Positions 8,476 to 18,378 of a stretch of 64,000 nucleotides of DNA are shown in pieces (position 1 is the stretch's first letter; each line of letters starts with the position of its first letter). A model generated the notes under the pieces. It was given only the letters and a program-made list of their open reading frames with translations, made no database searches and had not been told where the DNA came from. A program made the translations under genes and the position numbers. This DNA is from Parvibaculaceae bacterium (GTDB lineage: Bacteria; Pseudomonadota; Alphaproteobacteria; JAPOUT01): assembly GCA_963457525.1 (NCBI GenBank), contig OY734805.1, positions 982,984-1,046,983 on the forward strand. The letters are read 5' to 3'.

Positions 8476-10491
8476 ATGAACGAATCCCCTAACGAAGCAA
8501 GCGCGATTTCACACGCCGATATGGCGAATGCGTTGCGTGTTCTCGCCGTTGACGCGGTCGAGCGTGCCGCGAGCGGGCATCCGGGCATGCCGATGGGGAT
8601 GGCGGATGTGGCGTGTGTTTTGTTCACGCGATTTTTGAAATTTGATTCCCGGGCACCCGACTGGCTTGACCGTGACCGTTTTGTTTTATCGGCAGGGCAC
8701 GGTTCGATGCTGTTGTATGGATTGTTGCATTTGTGCGGCTATGAGGACATGCCGATGGACGAGATTGAGAAGTTTCGCCAGTTGAACTCGAAAGCCGCCG
8801 GACATCCGGAGTGGGGGGTGGCAGGAGGCATCGAGACCACCACCGGACCGCTCGGGCAGGGGCTTGCCAACGCCGTCGGGATGGCTTTGGGCGAGCGCGT
8901 CCTGAACGCCCGATTCGGCGATGACATTGTGAATCATCGCACATACGCGCTGGTTTCGGACGGAGACCTGATGGAAGGAATTTCCCATGAGGCGATTGCC
9001 CTTGCGGGGCATCTAAAGCTCGGCCGCCTGATTGTTTTGTGGGACGACAATCGCATTTCCATTGATGGCGAGACTTCATTGGCGGACAGCTCCAATGTCG
9101 GCATGCGTTTTAAATCCGCAGGCTGGCATGTTGCAGAGGTGGACGGACATGATCCCGAAGCAATCGAAGCCGCAATCGCCGCAGCCATCAAGACGGATGA
9201 ACCAAGCCTTGTGGCGTGCCGGACGATTATCGGTTACGGCGCGCCGAGCAAGCAGAACACCGCGGCTTGTCACGGGGCGCCCCTGGGAGAAGAAGAAGCC
9301 GCCGCCGCACGCAAGCAGCTGGGATGGCAGCACGTGCCGTTTGTCATACCCGAGCGGATTGTCGATGCATGGCGGTTGGCGGGCTTGCGGGGAGGACGCG
9401 ATCGTTCCGCCTGGCAAAAGCGCTTCGATGCTTTGCCCGAAGATGTCAACGAATCGTTTCGACGCATGATGGAGGGCGATTTGCCGTGCGGTTTGCCGGA
9501 AGCGTTTCGCAAGCACAAGAATGCGGTCGCACAGGCGAAGGAGGCAATTGCGACTCGCACGGCGTCACTTAACACGCTCGAAGCCATCGCGGACGTTGTG
9601 CCGGAACTGCTGGGCGGCTCGGCGGATTTGACCGGATCAACGGCGACATGTCCCGCAAAAATGTCGGCGATAACGCCGCAGGATTTTTCCGGAAGTTTTA
9701 TTCATTACGGCGTTCGCGAGCACGGGATGGTCGCGGCGATGAACGGCCTGGCGTTGCACGGGGGATGTATTCCCTACGGCGGAACCTTTCTTGTATTCGC
9801 GGACTATTGCCGGCCGGCTTTGCGCCTGGCGGCTTTGATGGGCGTGCGCGTGATATTGGTCGCAACGCATGATTCCATCGGCGTCGGCGAGGACGGACCA
9901 ACGCACCAGCCGGTCGAGCATCTCGCGAGTTTGCGCGCGATTCCAAACTTGCTCGTATTACGTCCGGCGGACGCTCTTGAGACCGCCGAATGCTGGGAAG
10001 TTGCACTCGCGCAAAAACATCGTCCGTCGGTTTTGGTGTTGTCTCGGCAGAAATTGCCGGCGGTTCGAACATCCATTCCGGACGAGAATCCCTGTTTGCG
10101 GGGGGCTTATGAATTATCGGGTTCGAGCGGGAACGCGCAAGTGAGTTTGCTGGCATCGGGATCGGAAGTGTCCATCGCACTCGAGGCCCAGGAAATTTTG
10201 CTGGGACGGGAGATATCGTCTAGGGTTGTTTCCGTTCCGTGTTTGAATCTTTTTGCCGAACAGGAACAGGCCTACCAGGAGGACGTGCTGGGTCCGGGGA
10301 CGATTCGCATTGCGGTGGAGGCCGGTGTTCGTTACGGCTGGGGCGCGTATGTCGGGGTTGAAGGCGACTTTTTGGGCATGCGTTCGTTTGGCGCGAGCGC
10401 GCCTGCGGGGGATTTATACAAGCACTTCGGCATCACCGCCGAAGAATTGGCAAAGTTGGCGCAAGAGCGTCTTGAGCGACGTTCAACTTAA
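8476..10491 (+). CDS. tkt: Transketolase
   Basis: TPP-binding GHPG, LGQGLANAVGMALGE and the full 671-aa length are present. Confidence 0.95.
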   Translation: MNESPNEASAISHADMANALRVLAVDAVERAASGHPGMPMGMADVACVLFTRFLKFDSRAPDWLDRDRFVLSAGHGSMLLYGLLHLCGYEDMPMDEIEKFRQLNSKAAGHPEWGVAGGIETTTGPLGQGLANAVGMALGERVLNARFGDDIVNHRTYALVSDGDLMEGISHEAIALAGHLKLGRLIVLWDDNRISIDGETSLADSSNVGMRFKSAGWHVAEVDGHDPEAIEAAIAAAIKTDEPSLVACRTIIGYGAPSKQNTAACHGAPLGEEEAAAARKQLGWQHVPFVIPERIVDAWRLAGLRGGRDRSAWQKRFDALPEDVNESFRRMMEGDLPCGLPEAFRKHKNAVAQAKEAIATRTASLNTLEAIADVVPELLGGSADLTGSTATCPAKMSAITPQDFSGSFIHYGVREHGMVAAMNGLALHGGCIPYGGTFLVFADYCRPALRLAALMGVRVILVATHDSIGVGEDGPTHQPVEHLASLRAIPNLLVLRPADALETAECWEVALAQKHRPSVLVLSRQKLPAVRTSIPDENPCLRGAYELSGSSGNAQVSLLASGSEVSIALEAQEILLGREISSRVVSVPCLNLFAEQEQAYQEDVLGPGTIRIAVEAGVRYGWGAYVGVEGDFLGMRSFGASAPAGDLYKHFGITAEELAKLAQERLERRST

Positions 10492-10494
10492 GAG

Positions 10495-12015
10495 ATGGAG
10501 AAAATAATGGTCACAGAAGCACCTTCGATGATGGATATGACTATGGATTTGCTTGGAAAAGCGGGCAAGAATGGAATGACAGTTTTAGACATAGCGACGA
10601 CTCTTTCACGACAAAATCAAAAAATTATTACAAAAAAACAGATTGGAGGAGTGTTTCATAGATTGCGCCGTGATTATCCCGTAGATATTAAAAATTTAGG
10701 AGGGGGAAAATTTGCTCTGTATCCAAAGAAAATGCCCTCGATAATGGATGAAGTTATGCATTTTCTTGATGTTGCAGGCGAACGCGGGCGGACGATTTCG
10801 GATATGGCGGATATACTTTCGCGGCAAAGAAAAAAAATCGTTACAAAGAAGCAAATCAGAAATGCGATTGATAGGTTGCGTGAATCCAGTAAACTCAGCG
10901 GTAATAAAGAACTCATCGAAAGCAACGGAGGGGAAGTGTTTGCTCTACGTAAAAAGAAAACCTCACGTAAAAGTGCGCATAAAAACACCTTGAAGACAGT
11001 GCCTATAAGAGTTGCGATTAACGGTTTTGGCAGAATCGGCCGGATGGTTGTGCGCGCAATAGTCGAGAGCGGGCGCAAGGACATTGAGGTTGTTGCGATT
11101 AACGATCTCGCGCAACCGCAGCAGGCGGCGCATTTGTTGCGTTATGATTCCGCCCATGGAGCGTTCTCCCATCCCGTATCTTTAAGCGGCGATGTTTTGA
11201 GCGTTGGCACGGCGTGCAAGAAGGCGAAGCTTTTCTCCGAGAGGGACCCGTCCAAACTTCCCTGGGGAAAGCTGAAGGTGGATGTGGTTCTCGAATGCAC
11301 CGGACGTTTCACCGCCCGCGACAAGGCCGCCGCGCATCTGGACGCCGGAGCCAAGCGCGTGCTTGTCTCGGCGCCGGCGACCAACGCCGATCTCACCGTC
11401 GTTTACGGGGTTAATCACAAATTGCTGCGCAAGGATCACCGGATTGTTTCGAACGCTTCGTGCACGACCAATTGCCTTGCGCCGGTCGCGCAGTTGATGC
11501 ACCAGCTCTGCGGCATTGAGCACGGACATATGACGACCATTCATGCGTATACCGGCGACCAGGCCCTCGTGGACATGCCGCACTCCGATCCGCGCCGCGC
11601 CCGCGCCGCCGCAGCCTCGATGATTCCGACGACCACCGGGGCCGCCCGCGCGGTCTCTCTCGTGCTGCCCGAACTCAAAGGCCGTCTGGACGGTGCCGCG
11701 GTGCGTGTTCCGGTGTTGAATGTTTCCGTTGTCGACCTCACTTTCCGTTCGGCAAAGGACACGGATGTTGCCTCGGTCAACCGCGCGATGAAGCGCGCCG
11801 CATCCTCGAAGAAGTGGCAGGGCATTCTGGGCGTCGTGGAGGAGCCGCTGGTATCGGTGGACTTCAACCACAATTCGCACTCTTCCATCTTCGATACCAC
11901 CCAAACGCAGATGCTCGGCAAGCGGCTGGTTCGTGTTGTTTCGTGGTACGACAACGAGTGGGGCTTTGCCAACCGGATGGGGGATGTTGCGGTGTGCCTG
12001 GGCGCACTGGGATAG
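10495..12015 (+). CDS. gap: Glyceraldehyde-3-phosphate dehydrogenase with ~165-aa N-terminal tandem winged-helix (H1/H5-like) extension
   Basis: The C-terminal 335 aa carry INGFGRIGR ... SNASCTTNCLAPV ... WYDNEWG, canonical for GAPDH. The N-terminal part is AT-rich, stop-free and contains two repeats. An alternative start is ATG 10507, which has a better SD. Confidence 0.85.
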   Translation: MEKIMVTEAPSMMDMTMDLLGKAGKNGMTVLDIATTLSRQNQKIITKKQIGGVFHRLRRDYPVDIKNLGGGKFALYPKKMPSIMDEVMHFLDVAGERGRTISDMADILSRQRKKIVTKKQIRNAIDRLRESSKLSGNKELIESNGGEVFALRKKKTSRKSAHKNTLKTVPIRVAINGFGRIGRMVVRAIVESGRKDIEVVAINDLAQPQQAAHLLRYDSAHGAFSHPVSLSGDVLSVGTACKKAKLFSERDPSKLPWGKLKVDVVLECTGRFTARDKAAAHLDAGAKRVLVSAPATNADLTVVYGVNHKLLRKDHRIVSNASCTTNCLAPVAQLMHQLCGIEHGHMTTIHAYTGDQALVDMPHSDPRRARAAAASMIPTTTGAARAVSLVLPELKGRLDGAAVRVPVLNVSVVDLTFRSAKDTDVASVNRAMKRAASSKKWQGILGVVEEPLVSVDFNHNSHSSIFDTTQTQMLGKRLVRVVSWYDNEWGFANRMGDVAVCLGALG

Positions 12016-12019
12016 GACG

Positions 12020-13255
12020 GTGCGTTCGTGGGGATTTTCGACGTTTGACGACCTCTTGAAAAGGGGCGCGTCGCAGGGGGATCGATGCTTGCTGCGTGTC
12101 GACTTAAACGTTCCGATGGACGGCTCTCGCGTTCTGGACGCCACCCGCTTCGAACGCGTTGCCCCGACCATCAAGGAACTTCGTGCGGCGGGTTTTCGAA
12201 TTGGACTGCTTTCGCATTTCGGCCGTCCGAAGGGGGAGGCGCGCGCGGACATGAGTCTCGAGCCGGTGGCAAAAGCGCTGGCCGGTCATCTTGGGCATCC
12301 GGTGGCATTCCTCGGCGATTGTGCCGGCGAGACGGGCGCGCAGGCGTTTTCAAAACTGTCGGCGGGTGATGTCGGCGTGTTCGAGAACACCCGTTTCCAC
12401 AAGGGTGAAAGCGACAACGATTCCGCTTTCGCGCAGGCGCTTGCGGGCAATGGCGATGTCTATGTCAATGATGCGTTTTCCGCGAGTCATCGCGCCCATG
12501 CTTCAATAGTCGGATTGGCCGGGCTGCTCCCGTGTTATATGGGGCGCGCGATGATGGGGGAGTTGGAAAGCCTCGAGCGTTACCTCGGCGGCAGCCTGTC
12601 GCGTCCGGCGATTGCATTGGTGGGCGGGGCAAAATTGACCGGCAAACTTTCGTTGCTGAAGGCGCTGGTTGAGCGTTTTGACGTATTGATACTGGGCGGG
12701 GGGATGGCGAATCTGTTTCTGGCGGCACGGGGAATCGGTGTCGGGTCGTCTTTGTACGAGCCCGAGCGCATCGGGGATGCGAAGGCTTTGGAGTTGTCGG
12801 CGCAAGAGCGTGGATGTAAATTATTGCTGCCCCGCGATGTGATAGTCGCGCGTGAATGCGTTGCGCACACGCCGACGCGTTCGGTGGATTTGTCGGAGGA
12901 TGCAGTTGGCGATGATGAAAAGATTTTGGATGTCGGCGAGGAGTCTTTGCGCGTGATGGCCGGGCATTTTGAGACGGCTTCAACGTTTGTGTGGAACGGG
13001 CCTTTGGGCGTGTTCGAGGTTCCGCCGTTTGACCAGGGAGGCGAGGTTGCCGCGCGACATGTTGCAATGCTGACGAGGCTGGGCTCAATGGTTTCGGTTG
13101 CGGGCGGAGGCGAGACGGCGATGTTGCTGGAACAGGCCGGTGCAATGGAAGATTTTTCTTACGTGAGCGCAGGGGGCGGGGCGTTTTTGTGCTGGCTTGA
13201 GGGTAAAGGTTTGGCGGGGGTGGACGCGGCACGGGCCGCTTGTGCAATCAACTAA
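12020..13255 (+). CDS. pgk: Phosphoglycerate kinase
   Basis: The product contains FDDLL...RVDLNVPMDG...FENTRFHKGE. A GTG start at 12020 with AGGA upstream was chosen, because the ORF start at 11933 overlaps gap. Confidence 0.85.
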   Translation: MRSWGFSTFDDLLKRGASQGDRCLLRVDLNVPMDGSRVLDATRFERVAPTIKELRAAGFRIGLLSHFGRPKGEARADMSLEPVAKALAGHLGHPVAFLGDCAGETGAQAFSKLSAGDVGVFENTRFHKGESDNDSAFAQALAGNGDVYVNDAFSASHRAHASIVGLAGLLPCYMGRAMMGELESLERYLGGSLSRPAIALVGGAKLTGKLSLLKALVERFDVLILGGGMANLFLAARGIGVGSSLYEPERIGDAKALELSAQERGCKLLLPRDVIVARECVAHTPTRSVDLSEDAVGDDEKILDVGEESLRVMAGHFETASTFVWNGPLGVFEVPPFDQGGEVAARHVAMLTRLGSMVSVAGGGETAMLLEQAGAMEDFSYVSAGGGAFLCWLEGKGLAGVDAARAACAIN

Positions 13256-13280
13256 TCATAGGAGTAAAGGAGTAAAGAAT

Positions 13281-14300
13281 ATGTCTGAGATGGATGAAAT
13301 AGCGCTGCGCATGGTTGCGCGAGGCAAGGGGATATTGGCCGCGGATGAAAGCAGCGGCACGATTGCCAAGCGTTTTGCCTCGATAAAAGTTGACTCGACG
13401 GAAGAAAAGCGCCGGGAGTATCGGGAACTGCTGTTCCGGTCGAACGATGCGTTGCGGGAGTGCATATCGGGAGTGATATTGTTCGATGAGACGCTGCGCC
13501 AAAACGCCGGGGACGGAACGCCGCTGGTTGACGTCATCCGCGGCACGGATGTTCTCGCCGGCATCAAGGTTGATCAAGGGCTCGTGCCCATCAAGGACGG
13601 CGACGTCGAAACCGTCACCAACGGTTTGGAGGGTCTGCCGGACCGTCTCAAAGAATATCGAGAGCTGGGCGCGGTGTTTACAAAGTGGCGCGCCGTATTC
13701 CACATCGGCGAGTCAACGCCTTCGAAGGACGCAATAACCCGAAACGCCGACCTTCTTGCGAAATACGCGAAATGCTGCCAGCAGGCCGGACTGGTTCCCA
13801 TCGTTGAACCGGAAGTGCTGATGGAAGGCGGCCACGACATCGAGAGTTGCAGCGATGCGAGCACTTCGGTTTTGCGCGAAGTTTTCGGAGCGCTCGGGCG
13901 CGAGGGCGTTCGTCTGGAGGCGACCGTGCTGAAGCCGAACATGGTGACGCCGGGGGATGCCTGCGCGCGCCGTGCCACGAGCGAGGAGATAGCCGAGAAG
14001 ACTCTCGCCTGTTTTCATAACACGGTTCCCGCGGCCGTTCCGGGCATAGCGTTTTTGTCGGGCGGGCAGAAGGATGTCGAAGCGACGGAAAACCTGAACG
14101 CCATTAACGCCCTTGCAAACGCTTCGGGCAAGGCGCCCTGGGCTTTGACCTTTTCGTTCGGACGCGCCCTTCAGGCCGGAGCGCTGCAGGCGTGGGGAGG
14201 CGAGGAAGCGAACATTCCGGCGGCGCAGGCGGAGTTTCACAAGCGCGCGCAGATGAATTCGAAGGCTTCCGTCGGGGAGTGGTCGGCCTCGATAGAATGA
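13281..14300 (+). CDS. fba: Fructose-bisphosphate aldolase, class I
   Basis: GKGILAADESSGTIAKRF is the class-I FBA Schiff-base family motif. The RBS is aaggagtaaag. Confidence 0.9.
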   Translation: MSEMDEIALRMVARGKGILAADESSGTIAKRFASIKVDSTEEKRREYRELLFRSNDALRECISGVILFDETLRQNAGDGTPLVDVIRGTDVLAGIKVDQGLVPIKDGDVETVTNGLEGLPDRLKEYRELGAVFTKWRAVFHIGESTPSKDAITRNADLLAKYAKCCQQAGLVPIVEPEVLMEGGHDIESCSDASTSVLREVFGALGREGVRLEATVLKPNMVTPGDACARRATSEEIAEKTLACFHNTVPAAVPGIAFLSGGQKDVEATENLNAINALANASGKAPWALTFSFGRALQAGALQAWGGEEANIPAAQAEFHKRAQMNSKASVGEWSASIE

Positions 14301-14962
14301 GCGTACGCGCCCGCCGACGGTTCACAAAAAATGACGGCGGGTTGTACCTTCTCACGCCGCCGCGTGTTTGCTTGCAAACGTTTCCCGACGCCTTGTCCCG
14401 GGCGTTGGAGGCGGGAGGCGTTTCGTGCCTGCAGATTCGCCTGAAATTCTCCCAAGATGAATCCCGGGATTCCGGGCGCGTTTGGCGTGAATGCGTCGGG
14501 GTTCTTGCGCCCCTGGCCCGGCGCTACGGCGTTTCGGTTTTGCTGAACGACGATGCGCGTCTTGCCGGCGCGTTGGGAGCGGACGGCGTTCATATCGGGC
14601 AGCAGGACGACGGCATGGATGCAGCGCGTGCATCGGTGGGCGAGGGCATTGTCGGCGTGACCTGCCATGACTCCCCGGAGCTGGCGCACGCGGCACAGGC
14701 TTCGGGGGCGGATTATGTTGCGTTTGGATCTTTTTTTGCGTCCCGCAACAAACCGGACGCGGTGCGCGCGCCTCTCGGGATTTTGTCGCACTGGCGCGAG
14801 AAGGGAAACATTCCCTGCGTTGCGATAGGGGGAATCACGGCGGGGAATGCGGCGGATTTGCTGCGTGCGGGCGCAGACTACCTAGCGGTGTGCGAGGGCG
14901 TATGGGGACACGCGGACGGGCCCGCGGCGGCGGTTGAAGAATTCGCGGTGCTGTTCGGTTAG
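14297..14962 (+). CDS. thiE: Thiamine-phosphate synthase ThiE
   Basis: The TMP-TENI fold (GADGVHIGQQD...VAIGGIT) is present. Its ATG overlaps the fba stop (ATGA). Confidence 0.85.
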   Translation: MSVRARRRFTKNDGGLYLLTPPRVCLQTFPDALSRALEAGGVSCLQIRLKFSQDESRDSGRVWRECVGVLAPLARRYGVSVLLNDDARLAGALGADGVHIGQQDDGMDAARASVGEGIVGVTCHDSPELAHAAQASGADYVAFGSFFASRNKPDAVRAPLGILSHWREKGNIPCVAIGGITAGNAADLLRAGADYLAVCEGVWGHADGPAAAVEEFAVLFG

Positions 14963-17940
14963 AAGTCGTATCGCAAACCGAAATTGACCCGGTAGGATTC
15001 GATCTCGTCGCCTTGCGAGGTTTCGAAGTCGCCGAAGAGAATCGCGCCGTTCCCTTTCGATAAAAAATCAACGGGATAGTTGAATCCCATACCGAGATCG
15101 ACGGCGACGTCTTCGATTTCATTGACGAAGGTTACGCCTGAAACATCGACGCTCGTCCTTCCGTCCAGGGGCACGCGCAGGTTGGCATCGGCGCGGAAGA
15201 ACGCGCCTGCCGCCGATGCGCCGATGCGCCCGACGAGCGTGTTTCCGTCTTTGAGCGAAACGCTCTGCCCCGCGGGCGCTTCGAACCCATTAAAGCCGAC
15301 GCGGCTCCATATGAGTTGCACCTGCGGCGTCAGGGTGACGGTTTCGAATTCGAAGTTGTATCCGATTTCTTGCGCCGCGCTGAATGCTAGAGCGCTGTTT
15401 CCGGATGCGAGGGTTCTGTTTTCGGCGCGGAGGTTGTTGTCGAAGGTTGCGAATCGGGTTTGCATGTCGGCGTAGAAGTCCTTGTACTTCCATAGCGCGT
15501 TGAGAGAGGCCGTAACAGTGTCGGTTTCGATTTTTCCCTTGCCGGTGGTCGCGGCAAGGTTCGTTTTCGCCGAGCCTATCGTGATGTCCGCATCGAGATT
15601 GAGTGTTTGCACAACGGGCATGTCCACGCCGAATCGCGCGCGTGAGTGCTCTATATCGAAGTCGGAGCCGAGCGTGGATCCGTTCGGCTCGAGACGGGTG
15701 TGCCTGGTTTCGACTTTCCCCCAGAAGGTTCTGCGGTTTGCATCCGCCCATTTACGCGCACTGAAGCGCCGGAGCATGGAGGAGGGCTGTGCAAGCTGTG
15801 TGAGGATAGCGGGATAGGCTTCGTGATTCTGAAGGCTTGGAGCGAATCCGCTTTCGTTCAGCGACCATGATTTTGCCGTCGCGTCATAGACGAGTTCGTA
15901 GGCGAAGGCTCCGTGGGAGAAGTTATCGACGCTGAAAGCATCGGCGCGGGAGGCTCCCCGGACGGAGATGATATTGTTGATATCGGTTCCGGGATCAATG
16001 CGGCCGTTTGCCCGGATTTCGAGGCTGCCGGTTTCATTGCCGGTGATGTCTCCGGTGATGATGAAGTGTCCGGGATTATCGAGTTGGAGGTCGATTGCCA
16101 GATCTCCGCCGGCCTGGAAGTTGCCGTCCAGTGTCGTGTCGCCGGCGACTTCGAGCACGCCGCCGTCGGGAACGGCGAGGCTTGCATCGCTTGCAAGCCG
16201 CAGGGTTGCACCGCGGAGTCGCAGCCGCCCGGAGGTGAAAGAGACGGCGTCGAATTCTTCACCGGCCTGCATTGCCCCGGTGAGTTCCCAGAGGCCGTTT
16301 CCGGTTTTCTCGAGGGTGCTGAATCCGTTGAGGGTCGAGAGATCGAATCCGCCTGCGTGCGCCGGGAGCGATGGAGTTCCGTTCCCGCTTTGTCCGTGCA
16401 GCATCGGGTGGTATTCGTTTGCCTGTGCGTTGACTGCATCGGCGAGTTCGAGGATTGCATCGCCGGATGCCGTGATAGCGTCCTCGATGCTGCTGCCGGG
16501 GCGCACAATGAGTCGTTGTGTTGTCCCGCCGCTCATGGAAATGCCGTCTCCGGAGTTGCTTTTGATTCGTCCGCCGACCTCAACGAGAATGTTTCCGGCT
16601 CCCCGGTGGTTGATGTCGATGCCTGCGTTTTCGGCATGGATGTATTCGTTTGCCGTGACGAAGATGTCTCCGGTGCTACTGTCTTTGTACGCATGGATTC
16701 CCCTGTCTCCTGCGTGAATTTGTTCGTTTGTCGTGATGGAGATGTTTCCGCCGTTGATTTGGCGCGTGTGTATGGCGCTTTCAATGTTTGTTTGGATGCG
16801 TCCGTTTGCCGTAATGAAGATGGATTCATTGCTCTCGTGCTGCACGTATATTCCGTCTTTTTCCGCGGTGACGTCGTTTGCGATGATATTGACGGTGCTC
16901 GAGCCTTGCTGTCTAACGTTGATTCCGTCTTCTTGTGCCGCGGTTATGCGTCCGTAGGCTTCGATGTTGACGGCTTCTGCGGTGGGGTCGTTTATGACTT
17001 TAATGGCATGGTCGCTGTTGGCGGCAAGAGTCGCGTTTTTTTGGATGGTAATGTTGACGTCTCTTCCATAACCGTGTGCGTAGATGACGTTTTTCTCGGC
17101 GGCGAGGTTTCCACCTTCCACCGTGACGTTGACGTCCTCCGAGTTACTGAGGGCATAAGCGTAGATTGCGCCGGCTCTTGCAGTGATGTTGTTATTTGTT
17201 GTGACATTGTTGCTCCCTGAAGCGGCGTGTCGTGCCATGATGGCGGGAGCGATCGTGCTTGCACTGTTCATGTCCCCGCTGACGTAAATGTGCGAATTCG
17301 TTCCGTATTGGTTGTAGGTGTAGACGAGGTTTCCGGTGCGGTCCCCCTCGCTTGACGTGTCTCCGGCCACGGTTAGCGTTAAAGTTCCCGTTCCTGCGTG
17401 TTCCAGCCGGACGGCGTGGCCGGCGGTGGTAATGATTCCATCGAAAAAGATTGCGGAGCGGCTTGTTCCGTTGATTGCGGCGGTCAAGTTTGCGGATTCC
17501 CGCCGGGTTTTAATCAGGATTCCATCGCGTCTGCCCGAGGCGTTTGTGTTGGTGGTGACGGTGACATCCCCGCTCCCCTGGTGGTCGAGGTGGATTCCGC
17601 GCAAGTTTCCCGTGATGGAGCCGCCGCCGTCCAGGTGGATGTTTGCGCCCGTGGAGTTCGTTGAGGTTGTAATAACCAGGCCGGAGCCTTGCTGTGTATG
17701 ATGGGAGAATTCCTCTTCGTCCGTGATGGAGAAAATTCCATCATGCGTGCCGGAGATCATTTGCGTCGTATCGGTTTGCATGTTCGCCGGGCCCGTGCAT
17801 GTGTAGGAACCGGCCGTTCCGGTGCATGTTCCCGCGAATGCGTCCGGGAGTGCCGCGCCGAGAAGGATGGGTGCGAAAGTTATGATTCCACGGGCTGTTT
17901 TGCGAAGGCGTCCGCCGCGCATGTTTTTGTTGGGGGTCAT
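14959..17940 (-). CDS. Large autotransporter (type Va) with β-helical passenger and C-terminal β-barrel
   Basis: The signal peptide is MRGGRLRKTARGIITFAPILLGAALPDAFA. Passenger repeats follow, and the C-terminus ...NFGLRYDF ends in Phe. The stop overlaps the thiE stop by 2 bp in convergent orientation. Confidence 0.75.
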   Translation of the reverse strand: MTPNKNMRGGRLRKTARGIITFAPILLGAALPDAFAGTCTGTAGSYTCTGPANMQTDTTQMISGTHDGIFSITDEEEFSHHTQQGSGLVITTSTNSTGANIHLDGGGSITGNLRGIHLDHQGSGDVTVTTNTNASGRRDGILIKTRRESANLTAAINGTSRSAIFFDGIITTAGHAVRLEHAGTGTLTLTVAGDTSSEGDRTGNLVYTYNQYGTNSHIYVSGDMNSASTIAPAIMARHAASGSNNVTTNNNITARAGAIYAYALSNSEDVNVTVEGGNLAAEKNVIYAHGYGRDVNITIQKNATLAANSDHAIKVINDPTAEAVNIEAYGRITAAQEDGINVRQQGSSTVNIIANDVTAEKDGIYVQHESNESIFITANGRIQTNIESAIHTRQINGGNISITTNEQIHAGDRGIHAYKDSSTGDIFVTANEYIHAENAGIDINHRGAGNILVEVGGRIKSNSGDGISMSGGTTQRLIVRPGSSIEDAITASGDAILELADAVNAQANEYHPMLHGQSGNGTPSLPAHAGGFDLSTLNGFSTLEKTGNGLWELTGAMQAGEEFDAVSFTSGRLRLRGATLRLASDASLAVPDGGVLEVAGDTTLDGNFQAGGDLAIDLQLDNPGHFIITGDITGNETGSLEIRANGRIDPGTDINNIISVRGASRADAFSVDNFSHGAFAYELVYDATAKSWSLNESGFAPSLQNHEAYPAILTQLAQPSSMLRRFSARKWADANRRTFWGKVETRHTRLEPNGSTLGSDFDIEHSRARFGVDMPVVQTLNLDADITIGSAKTNLAATTGKGKIETDTVTASLNALWKYKDFYADMQTRFATFDNNLRAENRTLASGNSALAFSAAQEIGYNFEFETVTLTPQVQLIWSRVGFNGFEAPAGQSVSLKDGNTLVGRIGASAAGAFFRADANLRVPLDGRTSVDVSGVTFVNEIEDVAVDLGMGFNYPVDFLSKGNGAILFGDFETSQGDEIESYRVNFGLRYDF

Positions 17941-18378
17941 GTTGTCTCCGTTTGAAATTGGTTCGATGGATGAACGAACGGACGACAATTGAGCGCTTAA
18001 TTTTGGATGTTATACGCACCCGGAAACTTAACGGGATGAAACTCCCCCTAGCAGGGCCGGGGAAAATAACCGCCGATTTTGCTTGTTTGTTTTTCTTAAA
18101 AGATTGGCAGGCGTCGCGAAACGCAACCATGCCGATCCGTAAAAAGCAAACAAGTAAAAAGACCGAGCAACCAACTCGAAAATTTTGACATGTTACTGAT
18201 TTGATTCGCGCGGGACGCGCACTTGGACGAATTCCGCTACGACTCGCCCTGCCCGATTCGCATTTTCCGAAGAAAGCGAAAATGCGTCCGCAAAGAGGCT
18301 TGGCCCGCAAATCCCGGCGGGGAAAGCCCGCTCCCCATATTCCCTAATTACAGGGAAAAGGGGACAACGTCAAGCCTT

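Noticed and set aside
17989-18378. Possible terminator hairpin (gcgggctttccccgc) between the dimethylglycine-dehydrogenase-family gene and the autotransporter.
   Set aside because: The stem is short (5 bp) and there is no following T-tract on the transcribed strand. This is insufficient to call an intrinsic terminator.
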